Below are positions 12,131-24,984 of a stretch of 64,000 nucleotides of DNA, piece by piece; position 1 is the first letter of the stretch; each line of letters opens with the position of its first letter. The position numbers and the translations under genes were made by a program. Source of the stretch: Ginglymostoma cirratum (taxonomy: Eukaryota); NCBI GenBank assembly GCA_024137785.1, contig JAHRHZ010000111.1, positions 34,607,830-34,671,829 on the forward strand. Reading direction: 5' to 3'. Below the pieces are notes generated by a model. That model was given only the letters and a program-made list of their open reading frames with translations. It was not told where the DNA came from and ran no database searches.

Positions 12131-13499
12131 AATAATATAATGATCTTTGTAGCTGCTGCTCTGTGTGTATATACAAAGGGTTTCTGAGCCATCTAGATCA
12201 GGAAGGTTTAATCCCTGAGTTGTGCTGGGTCAATGATAATACGGCTGTTGCAATTGGCCTTTGCGCTCTTGCAGGAGGCAAGAGAAAAGTCAGTCTCACT
12301 ACTGCCTGGCTGAGATCAACCAACTTATACCAAACCTATGACCTTGGTGGTCTCTTGGCTGTGTTTGAAAACTTGACAGTGTACTTCACTAGAAAAGTGT
12401 TCAATAATGGGTTCACACCGCATACTTATGAATGTGGATAATGGAACTCTTGTCATTGAACCATGTCTCCAAAGATCAGAGTTTTTAACAGATGTACTTT
12501 TTTAAAAAATGTAAGGCATAAGTGAATCAGTCCTGAAAGAAATAAATACATGCAAAGGAGATCACAGTTACTTTAATATTAATGTATGTTACCTTTCTTC
12601 AACAGAACACATTTTCCTCCAGATCCCTGAAGTTTCTAAGGTTAGGGACCAATTGGAGTTGATTTTCAACCTGCCCACTAGCCATAAAGCTTACAATGTG
12701 CATGAACTGTCAATTATATAAACCATTTCCCACAGTGCAATGGAAAGGAAGGGTTCTATTAAAGGCATTTGTCCTACAGTACGTGCTTTACATTAGCAAT
12801 TGAGAATTATTACAGTGCATTTTACAGAATTGTTTTCCATAGATTATAGGAAACCTTTATTTTGCAAACTATGTTAGGTCCCTCTCTGTCACTAACATCA
12901 TGAAGTTTCAGAAACTCAGAATTAAAAAAAAATTCAAAATATCTCCAGTAATCTTTTTTGTTCTAAGGGTTACACTATTCCTTTTGTTTCACCACAGAAA
13001 TAAACTAGTATTGAGAATAAAGAGTGATTCAAGTTTCCCAAATGTTGTTCCATGTATGGTAAGGTGCCGATTAATGCCCATACTTCAGACCATGTTAAGA
13101 TACTACACAGAGGCAAAACATTTTCTTGCAGAGAGCAAGTGCCAATCAATTTACATAAAACTTCCATAGGCCTGTCATAATAAGGTATTGGTTATGTCCT
13201 GTGAAAAAGCTGTCAAGCCTACTGTCCTAAGTCAGCTGAAACTTGGATCATTCTTCGATGAAATTGCAGAACATTCATAAAAATTTCAGTCATAGCTTTA
13301 AAAAATTCAAATTTCATTTAAGGTCATTATATTATAGCTTTTTCTGGCATCCTTCCATCATAGGATTGGCTAAAATGTGATGGAGCCTTTGATTACCTCA
13401 TGCTTGTCTTGTGATGTGGCAAGGAGGAGAATGTTTCCATAGCAAGATGGCCGGTGAGTTTGTTTGGTCAGAGATCTAATGCATCTTCAAATCTAACAT

Positions 13500-13712
13500 A
13501 GATAATAGGTACTGCAGATGCTGGAGAATCCGAGATAACAAGGTGTGGAGCTGGATGAACACAGCAGGCCAAACAGCATCATAGGAGCAGGAAAGCTGAC
13601 ATTTCAGGCCTAGGCCCTTCATCAGAAAGGGACTAGGCCCAAAACGTCAAGCTTTCCTGCTCCTATGATGCTGCTTGGCCTGCTGTGTTCATCCAGCTCC
13701 ACGCCTTGTTAT
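13500..13712. mobile_element. PLE family A hairpin insertion
   Basis: Inverted arms of about 85 bp with the apex at the hammerhead 5' boundary. 14-bp TSD TTCAAATCTAACAT (13486-13499 / 13713-13726). Confidence 0.92.
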
Positions 13713-15439
13713 TTCAAATCTAACATGTCAAGAAGGAAGTGGAATATCAGTGGCCCAACTTGAGAGCCTAATCTATACCTTCAAGTTGAATCCTTGAAGA
13801 ACAAGGAAGATTACAACGTAATCTATTGATACCCTGCCATGCAAAGAATAACATGTGGGCAATTTTTGATCTTTTTGGATGAGGCCTCATGCACTTACAC
13901 CTCGTTGCCAGTACTGCTGCATTCTCAGAAGGATGGTGGAGATGTGTTCCCAGTGGTGTGAATACTTGCTGTCTAGATTCAAATTAAGTAACCTCCCCTT
14001 GAACCCGAAGTATGGGAGTGGAATTAGCTGTGGCCTAATCTGGAATGGCTGGCCCATAGTAATTCTGGATGTCATTTTTTAATTATAATATTAATGCATC
14101 TCCTAGCCTTTACTAATTGAGGAACCAAGGGTATGCTGCCTCGTCACACAAAGACAGCCGTCTCTCTCCCTCTCCTTAGCAGCTTGTAATTACTCAATGA
14201 TTAGTCAGTTAGAAAGAAGATAAATGACATTCCACAGACAAAACAGATACAGAACATCTCAGTATAAAGATGTATTTGAAAACGTACTTTATTAATGAGG
14301 CTGTGACGAAAGTGAATAGGTTGAGTTCGGAAGAGATGCACTATTTAGAAAATGATTTGAAAAATTTAACCAGACAAAGTTTAAAGCCCTACCTAAATTT
14401 GAGATAGTAAAAAGGAGCTCTAACATTGTACTGAAAATCTTTTTCAGTTCATTCTCTCAGCTTAATGCTGTTGCTAGGTGATTTTATCGTGGTGTGGGAA
14501 ACAACATAGCACTTAAAATGTAGGATGGAAATTTGATTATCATCTGTATTTATATACATTCATTGTGATTTTTTTGTCTCTATCATTCAACCCAGGCACT
14601 AGAAAAATATCTCTCTGCTGAATGTTATTCAATACCATAATATAAATACATAACGTGAATGATATACAATTCTGATAATTAATACGTATATATATGGTTC
14701 TGTCAGAACCTATTATGTTTAAACACAGGTCATAAAAGAACTGGCATGGGGCTGTAATACTAAATATTTGGAAGAAATAGCCCTTGAGGAAAGATAACAA
14801 GTCATAAAGTTGAACTGCAAAATTCATAAATCTCAGGAGGCCAAATTTAGATACATTTTCACAGAAGGAGTGCCATAATCAATACTGTGATTTAAAGCAA
14901 GTTTGCCTTATGTATTCTTAAATAGCTTTTATTTCATTTTGTAATGCATTGCTCTAGTTTTAAAGGTAAAACGTTCTTCAGAAGATAAAAAGTTGGCAAG
15001 AAAGAGAAACTCAATTAATTATGAATAATCTCCTACTTACTGACATATTTTGTGGCTACTCTGATCAACAAACAGTAAGAGTTTAACTCAGTCATTTGAA
15101 AATCACAATACTTTATGAATGGATATTTAAAGTCAGTCTATTTATGCAAGAATATTGTCCTTACCTTCTGATCAGTGTCATAAAATCTAATAATCTGTTT
15201 TCAGTAGGAATGTAGTATCTCTGAAAAAAAAATCTTTGAAAACGAGAATATTTGACTGCATTAATGCTGCAAGGTTGGACCCACACAGATTTATTTTGTA
15301 ATCTTCTCCACACACAAAACTATCTTTGTCATTGGAGAACTCTGGCATTCCTTGACTGTTAATTGTAAGAAATCATCATCATCATCCTCATGTAGATTGA
15401 TTAGAGTAGTCAGATTCCTTGAATGATGATTAGGATGCA

Positions 15440-15530
15440 GATATTTTTCATCAACCCATTCAGATGTGTTATTACACACCTCTGGAGCAGGTGGGATTTG
15501 AAACTAATGTTTGATCTTTTGACATATGCA
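15440..15530 (-). mobile_element. Short tRNA-derived SINE
   Basis: Reverse complement 'tcaaatcccacctgctccagaggtgtgtaataacacatctgaatgggttgat' matches 20910-21020, 36510-36625, 50310-50425 and 60742-60850. Confidence 0.65.
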
Positions 15531-15559
15531 GCAAATCTTGGACAATATTCAGGCAAGAG

Positions 15560-16010
15560 ACTGGAAAGCGACAAGTTACAGTTGTGTGGGACTCTGATGA
15601 AATATCCTGTACTTGCTTGGGTCGGTGCAACTCCAACAATATTCAAGAAGCTCAATGCTATCTAAGACAAAGCAGCCCATTTGTTTGGCACAGCACCCAG
15701 TGTGCATCATGTTCAAGATGCACTGGAGCAACTCATCAAAGCTTCTTTGATAGCACCTTCAAAACTCATGATCTGCAGGGCTTTGAAAGACAAGGGCAGC
15801 AAATGCATGGAAACACTGCTACCTGCAAATTCCCCTCCAAGTCACATACCATCCTTACATATATTACCCTTCCTTCACTGTTGCTGGATCAATCCTGGAA
15901 CTTCCTTCCCAACAGCACTATGGGTCTTCCTACACCACTTGGACTGCAGAGGTTCAAGAAATGAGTGGGGATTAGCAAAATAATGGTGGCCTAACCAGGG
16001 ATACACACTA
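15560..16010 (+). mobile_element. CR1/L2-group LINE 3' fragment (same family as 850-1865 and 9360-10830)
   Basis: 'gcaactccaacaatattcaagaagctcaatgctatc...catggaaacactgctacctgcaaattcccctccaagtcacatacc' is shared with both copies. Confidence 0.75.
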
Positions 16011-16046
16011 ACTGTGCTGGAAATATTTGCAACTTTTCCATTCAAA

Positions 16047-16251
16047 TGGTCTGGCAGCATCTGTGAAGAAAAATCAGAGTTAACGTTTCGGGTCCAGTGA
16101 CCCTTCCTTAGAACTGTTGTGAGGAAGAGTCACTGGACCCGCAACGTTATCTCTGATTTTTCTTCACAGATGCTGCCAGATCTGCTGAACTTTTCCAGCA
16201 ACTTCCGTTTTCCTTCTTGATTTACTGCATCCACAGTTCTTTCGGTTTTTA
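16047..16251. mobile_element. PLE family B hairpin insertion
   Basis: Inverted arms of about 65 bp, each holding a mutated hammerhead. 13-bp TSD TTTTCCATTCAAA (16034-16046 / 16252-16264). Confidence 0.9.
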
Positions 16252-16623
16252 TTTTCCATTCAAAAGTCTGTCTACTTTTAATGCTGCAATGAGTATTAAT
16301 TACCATAAGACAACATATCTGGATTGGTAATTAACTTTTAAATGTGAGTAATTACATTCCTTCAGATTTTAATTAATAATGAATGTTGTTGAAAGTATAT
16401 TTCCTCTTACTTTTTATTGTTGAAAAGAATGACATGTTGTGAAAGCTTTTTGTTTTGTGCTGACCAGGACAAATGCAGGAATGACAAATTTCAAACCCTC
16501 AGAACAAATTATTTCACAGAAAAGGGAGTTGACCACTTGGTAAGTTCGGTCTAATTGACTGAGGTATTGCCAATGAAGAGAAGACATAGGGAACTATATA
16601 CTTCTGGTGATTTAAAAAGGTGC

Positions 16624-16742
16624 AAGGGTCCTGACCCGAAACGCCAACTTTCCTGCTCCTCTCATGCTGCCTGGCCTGCTGTGTTCCTCCAGCTCCACAC
16701 TGTGTTACCTCTGACTCCAGCATCTGCAGTTCTTGCTATCTC
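16624..16742 (+). mobile_element. PLE family A-related 3' fragment
   Basis: 'aagggtcctgacccgaaacgccaactttcctgctcctc...ctccagcatctgcagttcttgctatctc'. Begins inside the hammerhead. Confidence 0.8.
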
Positions 16743-17166
16743 AAGGCTTGATCAATTTTATTTTATCGAAAACATGTCCCTGTATACGAATGTATGTTGC
16801 TTCTAGCAAGTGTAAATGAGCCAGGTTACAAAATCAACTGATTATCTTAAATCAGCTGCTTGTGCAGATATTAATGCAGTCAGCTAGCTATCCTCAATCA
16901 TGAATTCATGTCCAGCAAGTAGACATTTTATTACAGGTTCTGCAAGTGCTGATTTAATACAGTTTGTACTCTGCCAATTGAAAAGCCAGAAAAACATGTT
17001 TGATTTGATCAGCCAATTGTGGCACATTGTCAGGAGGCAAACTCCAAGGACCTGATGAAATGTTGATAAGATAGTCAAAGGCCTGGTTTGGGTCAGTGAA
17101 TATTTTTTTAAAATAACATCTTGCCAGCTGCACCACTGCTCAATGCTCCAAACATTCTCATTGGTT

Positions 17167-17478
17167 ATAGAATCATAGAATCCCTGCAGTGTAAAAGCAG
17201 GCCATTCGGCCCATTGAGTCCACAATGACACTCCAGAGTACATCCTACCTAGACCTGCCCCTACCCTATCTCTGTAACCCTGCATTTCCCATGGTTAATC
17301 CACGTAACTTACATATCCCTGGACATTATGGCCAATCCACCTAATCTGCACATCTTTGGACTGTGGGAGGAAACCCACACAGACACGGGGAGAATGTGCA
17401 AACTTCACACAGACAGTTGCCCAGGAGTGGAATCAAACCCAGGTCCCTGGTGCTGTGAAACACCGCTGAGTCACCTTG
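17167..17478 (-). mobile_element. HE1-type SINE
   Basis: V-domain 'gactgtgggaggaaacccacacagacacggggagaatgtgcaaact' and 'atagaatcatagaatccc' tail. Confidence 0.9.
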
Positions 17479-17879
17479 CTGCTCAATTATTAAGGAATAT
17501 TTTTTATCGGTCAGGATTTAGAAATCAAATTCAAATATTCACCTCACCTTCATACACAGATAACACTGCTGCAAGCCTCATACCCATAACCTGACAGCAT
17601 GCAGACACTGCCAACATTTGTTATGTGACAGCCACATCCACAAACAGATTGCACATTGCCCACAGCACACTGTGAGTTCCTCTTCAGGAGAAGATGGTGC
17701 ACAACTGAAGGCAGCAGGACGGAATTGTTGGACGACAGATGTGGCTTCAGGTCCTTACTGTCAATGAAGAGATGATGACTGTTTGCATTGAAGATACCAA
17801 TGAATGGGGCTGTATTCCGTTTTGGAAATTAAATGATTAAAGATGCAGAATCTACATAATCTGCCTCTTTAACCTCACT

Positions 17880-18170
17880 TAGAGTCATAGAGTTATACAG
17901 CATGGAAACAGACCATTCAGTCCAACCAGTCCATGCCAACCACCTGCCCGCGCTCGGCCCATATCCCTCTAAACATTTCTTATTCATGTGCTTATCCAAA
18001 TGTCTTTTAAACATTATAGCCTGGCCTGCATTCACTACTTCCTCTGGCTGTGCAAAACAGGTACCCCTCATGTCCTCTTTAAGTTCTTCTCCTGTCACCT
18101 TAAAAATATGCTCCCTAGTTTTGAAGTCCTCCACCCTATGGAAAAGACCCTCGTCATTCACCTTATCTAT
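17880..18170 (-). mobile_element. CR1/HER1 LINE 3' end
   Basis: ORF 17829-18182 (LFHRVEDFKTREHIFKV...FKRHLDKHMN) resembles the CR1 ORF2 C-terminus. Tail 'agagtcatagag'. Confidence 0.85.
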
Positions 18171-18172
18171 GA

Positions 18173-18209
18173 ATTCATTCACTCATTCATTCATTCATTC
18201 ATTCATTCA
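18173..18209. repeat. (TTCA)n microsatellite
   Basis: About 9 TTCA units with one variant. Confidence 0.9.
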
Positions 18210-19105
18210 CCTTATCCCCCAAATGCTGGTGATTTGCAAACTGCAAATGTTGTAACCATTTACCTCTTGTTTCCATGTTCTATCCCAACCCTATTTTTGA
18301 GTCTTTTTCCTTTCAGTTACTGATACACTACAACCGGGCTAACCAATGCTGAAAGAGGAAGGTGTAGAAGTAGGGGAAGAGACTGATGATGAAGAAACAC
18401 ATTGCTTGCTGTCCCAATTGTGGTCACTGGTTCAGATGTTAATCCTATGCGTGATTTGCAGAATAGCTGAGAGGAAGGCCTTTCACACAATGAGCCACGG
18501 GGCTTGAGGCCTGCAGCCAGCAAAGAGGGCAAGGATCACGCAGAAGGGAAAGTCACTTGCATGTTCAAGCTTTCGAGGACAAGGGATTTTGATGCGGCGG
18601 CTTACAGAAGAGGCAAAATGGAATGATTGCTACTTTGGGAATCCTGCTGGAAAGCTTGCCGTCAATGAGAAGGATCATGGAGAATTCAATGGCAACGTGG
18701 CAGAGAGGTTTTCATTTAGCTGGGAGTCTATACTTTCCAATGTGGAAATGGAGGCCAAATGCTTTAGCGTACTTGTGAAACCATCCACCATGGATGTAAT
18801 GTTTGATAGTTGATGACTCAGTTTCAATTGCAGCCCATGTCTGTTGGCTGAAGTAACAGCTCAGATATCTAGAATGCAAAGTCAGCATAGCTGTAACTAC
18901 CTGTGTTCAAAGATCTCAGCAACTTGTTGCAGCAGTCAAGAATTCTATCCTGCAGAAGATTACTAGGATTGTTAAAGTGAAATAAAAATATTATTCATCA
19001 TTACGATTCATGTTGGAGAATCCTCTGTGAATTCTTTAGTAAGTCTCCATCTCCCCCTCCTCCACCTCACTCGTCCGACAGCTTGTCCTGCTCTGTATTT
19101 CCCTG

Positions 19106-19625
19106 ATGTGGAGGTGCTGGTGTTGGACTGGGTTGGATGAGATCAAAAATTACACGACACCAGGTTATAGCTAACCAGGTTCATTTGAAAACACTAGATT
19201 TTGAAGGGTTGCTCCTTCATCAGGTATAGTGAGAGAGACATCAAGGCACAGAATGTATAAGTAAAAGATCGAAGGATCATACAACTGACTCCACTCCATT
19301 CACACTAGCTGTATGACCCTTGGATCCCTCTGCCCTTCATCTCTCTGCCTATAAACTCTGTGCCTGTGTGCTCTCCTCTCACTGCACCTGATGAAGGGGA
19401 TGCACTCTAAAAGCCTATGATTTCAAATAAACCTGTTGGACTGTAACCTGGTGTCGTGAAGTTTATCCAATGCATTCTCATCAGGTGTGTGATCCTTTGA
19501 CCTTTTACTTATAAATTCTGTGCCTTGGTGCTTCTCTCACTGCACCTGAAGAAGGAGCAATGCACTGAAAAATAGTGTTTTCAAACCTGTTGGACTATAG
19601 CCTGGTGTCGTGTGATTTTTGACCT
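19106..19625. mobile_element. PLE family C: one inverted unit plus two tandem forward units
   Basis: Three related units (about 19140-19290 reverse, 19305-19460 and 19480-19625 forward), each with CTGA(T/A)GAAGG...AAA and 'cctgttggactatagcctggtgtcgtg'. TSD TGT(A/G)TTTCCCTG (19094-19105 / 19626-19637). PLE assignment is by architecture only. Confidence 0.75.
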
Positions 19626-20814
19626 TGTGTTTCCCTGCTCACTTTTCCTCACAGACTCTATTCTAAGTAGGAAATATAAATCTGTACTCAGGTCTGGGAT
19701 CATTTGGTTGTGCCAGATTCTTGAGGTCAGGACAAAGTCCAACAACATGTGTCACACCATTCTCCACCAGTCCTCCCCCAGATAGGAGTGACTTTATAGA
19801 ACTCTGGAATTCACCAGCACTTCTATAATCACAGCATCAGCCAATGCAAATCAATGAACAACTGGCTGTAAGCAGTTGATAATCCTTCTAAAAATAGAGC
19901 ACTTATGTAAGGTCCATTGTTGCTGGAGAGAGCTTGCACCTTCGCCGTTGTACGCTAATTTTAGAGTCCAATCTGAATTTGTCCTGATGGGTAAAATGGT
20001 CAAGGATCACAACTGAGAATAACTTGCTACTCTTTTAACTATTTATTGCACCAAGGTTAACATACAAATGTTCAGTACACTACCCTTTTTAATTTTAGTA
20101 AAATGCTATTGAGCTAACTCTCCTTATTTCAAGCAGTGCTCAATCAGTTATGGAAGTCTACATCACTGGTACAGTGGGAACTCTGCTTGGAGTTATCTTT
20201 GTGAGATGTTTCTGCCCCTAATTGTAAGTTCCTTCTCAGAAATAAGAGACACTCGATGATTGAAGTATCACTTCTTGTCCCCATCACTTTCGATAATAAC
20301 ATTTTCAATCAGTTCTATATCCTTGATTCGTGAATAACTATCTAACATGCATAGGTGATTAGACAGGGAAAAAAGGTAAGCATTTCAGCATTTTTGTGTT
20401 AGTAAGTAGATTCTGCAACAAGTTTAAGGATAACATTTCCAAGAGTCTTGGAACTAATCCTAATATATTTAAAGAACATTTATTATTTGGCAAGTCCTGG
20501 TAATGACTTGGTCACAGAGTTACAATATTCAAACCAGTCATTTAATTCTGGGCAAACGAATACTGCTGCATGGTGTGATTGGACTAGCTATTTCTTGGTT
20601 AGTGAAATCACGAAGACAATCCAATTGTGCCTATGTCTCTGTGCAAATAATTTTGCTTCAACTCATAGCTTGTTCTAAAAGTTCAGGTAAAAGTCCTACT
20701 GGCTCCTGTGATATGAAAATTGGATAATTTTGAAGATTGTCAGTGTGCACATGTCTCAACATGTTGGTTCCTATTAAGCATACTTTTACTGAAGAACTGA
20801 TTTTACGTTCCTGC

Positions 20815-21020
20815 TGGGAGGTGGTAATGTCATGGGGCATTATGCAAATGTTCCAGGCACATGGATTCAAATCCCACCGTGGCACGCAGTGAGATTTGAA
20901 AGGAGGGTCTTTAGCACAGTGGCAGTGTCCAGATCTCTGGATCAGAAGGTCCGAGTTCCAGTTCCACCTGCTCAAGAGGTGCGACATAACACACCTGAAC
21001 AGGTTGATTTTAAAAATATT
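20815..21020 (+). mobile_element. Two adjacent SINE fragments (MetaSINE-like head, then short tRNA SINE)
   Basis: 'ggattcaaatcccaccgtggca...atttgaa' followed by 'cagtggcagtgtcc...ccacctgctcaagaggtgcgacataacacacctgaacaggttgat'. Confidence 0.6.
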
Positions 21021-23595
21021 CATACCTTCTTACTGCTGAACGTATGTTAGCTGTGAGAGTTTGAGACAGCATGTGAGCTGGAGTATTTAGCTCCCAAATG
21101 GCAACACTGGTGTGAAATCAGCATTACACACTGCTTGATGCCAATACATAGCCATTCTGCAAATATCCAATTGACATTCCCTACATGTACAGTAATTTAA
21201 GTTATATCTGGCATGATTAACTCCCAAACTGTGCACATATTTCTGGTGGAAAACACTCAAAGTACAAAGAACAAGTTGTTAAGGAGTCAAACTTTGCAGC
21301 CTAATTGAATTATTTAAATATCTCAGCATGATGAGAACATGAGAAAATATTAAAACCAAGCAGGAGGAGGCATCTAGCCATTTTGAGCCTGCTATGTCTT
21401 TCAAGAACTTCAGATCAAATCAGGGACTGAAAAATGATTTTTAGCATCATAGTATAAAAACTGAATAATTAAATTTAATGTTATGCCCTGATTTTGCCTT
21501 CAGTGACGATATTATTGGGCTCAACTATAATATCTAGGACAGATTTTATAAGGAAAGGAAGAATCTGGATTTAAATTCTGAACCGCAATGTTTCTCAACA
21601 TTGCTCCAATATTCTTTCAAGAAATCACAGCAGTGAAGCGCACAATTGATTCCAAAGCCCAGATGTATTAGAGTGGGAAATAAGAACTTATAAAAATGTG
21701 CAGAAGTGGTGAGGAACAAGGGAAGCATAGCAACTCAGCTGAATCATTAGCTAACTCAACTGTCAACACATAATGACTGGGTATCTCATAATCTGTAGTT
21801 AGGCAGACAGTTTCATAGATCGTTCCAGAATTTGTCTCCTATTTCATTATTCAAATGAGATTTTCTCAATAAAACAGCATTGTAATTAATTTGTTAACAG
21901 TGGTTAATTGCAATAAATTATTTCTGGTAACATGTTAAGTTTTTTTTTATTAATAATGCCAATACTTCTTGCTATTTAGCTATAAGAGGTACAATTGCTT
22001 AAGGTAATGACCAGGAAAGTTCCATGGATACTTAATCCTGGCTTTATTCTGAACATAGCATTGTGAGAGGCTAGCTGTGAAAAAAAATCCAACAGTGAAA
22101 TTACAGGAAATGTGTTAATGTAGAGGCTAGTGAGAAACTGCTGTTAGGGAGTGAGCTTAAACTTAAAAGAAAATCAGCTTGTTTATAAAGAAGGAGCAGC
22201 TACTTGGTTTTCAGGAAGGCATCTTTGCAAAAGGGAAGAAAAAATAAATCATGTCAAATCAAAATAAATTAATAAAATAAAACATTTTAGCGAATGGGTG
22301 GAGGATGCCAGAATGTTCTCTGTCTCACAGGCAATGAACTTCAAGTCAGACGCTGAGCTCTTCCCCATTCCACTGTCCTCCTCCGTGTTTCTGTTCCCTC
22401 CCCCATGTCTGCTGGCTGAGTTCAACTCCTCAATGACCCCTCCCCCAGGATCATGGACAGAGAATTCCCCCCTTCCCCACCCGTCAACACCATGGCTCCT
22501 TTATGGGTTCTGGACTCTTTGGGACTAACAAACTGTCCACCCCCTGATACTAGGTCACCTGACATTTCCAGAGAAATGGTCTACCTTTAACACTAAGGGG
22601 CTCGGTGTGAAACATGCATGAGAAAGCCAGGTTGCCTTCCATATCTTCACCAGCACCAAGTGAGTCTGCAGTTTGGGACAATGCTGCAGGCTCTAGCCAG
22701 GTCAGGCTAAAACTGTAGGGTCATAGGTCATTCTAAGGTGGATGCAGCCTCAAGGACTAACACCCGTCTCAACTACTGACCCACGTGTGGGAAACGATGA
22801 TGGTGCATTGTGTGTGCTCTGTTTCAGGAGGAACATAGCACAGGGACTAGAGGGGACGCTGTTGCCTCTTCAGCTGAGAGACACACTTTATTGATGTCCT
22901 CCTCCATCTCTAAGAAGTGGTGTCCTTTTCCTGGACAGCAAGGGAGACCTCAATTTCACAAGCCTGCTGCACCCTGTCCTCCATCTCCTTTTGAGGCCTG
23001 TGGGATGGTGCTGTGAAAGGCTCAGGGCCTTGCAGGACCTAGATGGGTTATGCCAGCTAGGTAAAGTGAGTAGTTTACCAGGTGGGTAGGGCACCAAATG
23101 GATTGGATACCAGGGTGGTCAGGTAAGTAAGTGAGTCCTTATTGTTGGTCAGAGGCATGTTGGGTCCAGGAGTGGGGTTCGACGCAGATGGGGGGACTGA
23201 GGTAGAGTTGCGGAAGCTGGGAGACAGCAGAAGAACTTGGACAGGCTAGGAGAATGGGCAAAGTAATGGTAGATACTGGAAATTGTGAGGTTATTGGTTA
23301 ACTATTAAGCTTAACTTAGTCGGAAATTTAAAGGGGCTTTCTTGAATGATTCCAGATGCATCAACACTTTTATCTCCCAGGTAATTCCAAAGATGCCTGC
23401 TATATACGGGACATTGTGCAATTGCACTCTGCACTGTTCCACCAACTGTCCAGCTATCGGAATGCCTGGGCCAATATCATTTACTATTAAGAAACACTGC
23501 ATTGATAATATACTTAACATAGGTTTCTTTCCTTTGTACTATGCTCTATTTTATTAAAACATTTAATAAAACAAAGAACTTCAGATTCTATAAAT

Positions 23596-23710
23596 CTGAA
23601 ACAAAAACGGAAATTGCTGGAGAAACACAGCAGGTCTGGCAGAGTCTAGGAAGACAAAGCAGAGTTACTGTTTCAGTTTCAGTGACTCATCATCTTCCAG
23701 TTCTGAAGAA
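23596..23710 (-). mobile_element. PLE family B fragment
   Basis: 'ctgaaacaaaaacggaaattgctggagaaacacagcaggtctggcag...cagagttac'. Confidence 0.7.
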
Positions 23711-23711
23711 T

Positions 23712-24984
23712 TACTTGATTTCCTGCTGAAAACTGAAGACCCCAAACCTTCTTTTCCTGAACTTTAAATTATATGGTAAAGCAATTGCTGTAGAATCATG
23801 AGAAAAATTACTGTGGAGATTGGGACCTCATTGTCCGAGAAATCTGAAATTAATTCCATCGATCCTTCACTTCTGCTTTTGTTTCATTTTAATAAACATG
23901 CTTTAATATATTGCAGGAAAGATCCTGTGGCATTATTTCAAAAAAAGGAGCAGGGAAGTTGCCCTTGATCTCCTGACCACTCTATCCCTTAGCCAGAATC
24001 ACTTTCAAGCAGATTGTTCAGTCATTATCACTTCACTGTTTTCGGGACATGACTGAATGCAAATTGGATGTCACTTTCCCATGTTATTTAGCAACTACAC
24101 TCTACTATATACTCCATTGGCCAGAAGGTGTTATTTAATGCAAGTCCTTTCCTTCTTATTACATTGAGTTGATTTATTTGTTCCCAATACAATGCATTGT
24201 CTCAAAATCTTAGCTTTCTATATTCGCAGATTGCTATTACCATAACATCCTGCTCTTTAAAAACCCTGACTCTAGGCAGAGAAAATAAATTTTGTTTTGT
24301 GCAGATCGGTAAGCTATCACAAATAGAGACATCATTAACTGGCTTTAGTATCTGAGATGAAATGAAACATTGTCGTAACATCTTGCGCCATATTAATGCC
24401 TTGCATCAAAAGTACGCACCTTGCTGCTTTGTTATTTCCCTCATAAGTCATGTATTGTAATTCTATTTCATGTCACTCTGACAAGAGAGATGTCAAATTT
24501 GCTGAACTTAATCACACTCTAGAACTTCAGACATAAAATCCAAAGCTCAGGGAGCTAGAGAAAATTACGTTGTGAAAAAAGTAAAATGACATTTTGAAAT
24601 GCGCGCTCCAGGCTATTTTTATGTTCCTTTCCCAGAACATTCCACAAAAACAGACAAAAGAAACACATTCAACCTCTCTTTTACATCTGCAAATTAGAAA
24701 CTGCCAGGTTTCGAAATAAAAACAATGATTCCCTCAGCATTCCCTCTACAGTCCATCACTATGATTCTCAATGGATGGAACTGCTTGTTCCAGGTTGACT
24801 CGGATGACCCAGGAACTCTAGCATACTTGATTTTCCCTTGAAAACTGAAGACCCCAAACCTTCTTTTCCTGAACTTTGAATTACATGGTAATGCAATTGC
24901 TGTAGAATCATGAGAAAAATTGCTGTGGAGAATGGGACTCTAAAAACCTTGTTGTTAGAGAAATCTAAAATTAATTAATTCCAT
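23712..24984 (+). repeat. Direct repeat of about 150 bp (23712-23859 / 24824-24984)
   Basis: Shared 'tgaaaactgaagaccccaaaccttcttttcctgaacttt...gcaattgctgtagaatcatgagaaaaatt' with a few substitutions and indels. Confidence 0.92.
23915..24157 (+). mobile_element. Deu-domain SINE (SacSINE1/AmnSINE1-like)
   Basis: 'aaagatcctgtggcattatttcaaaaaaaggagcagggaagtt...cagattgttcagtcattatcac...caaattggatg...aatgcaagtcctttcc'. Confidence 0.7.

Noticed and set aside
13500-13712. Hairpins as miRNA precursors or classical MITEs
   Set aside because: Arms are asymmetric, apices and TSD lengths vary, and the sequence matches a PLE 3' end. Small-RNA production is possible but not shown by sequence.
19106-19625. 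Repeat-spacer appearance suggesting a CRISPR-like array
   Set aside because: The context is eukaryotic, the units are long diverged TE repeats without unique spacers, and there are no cas genes.
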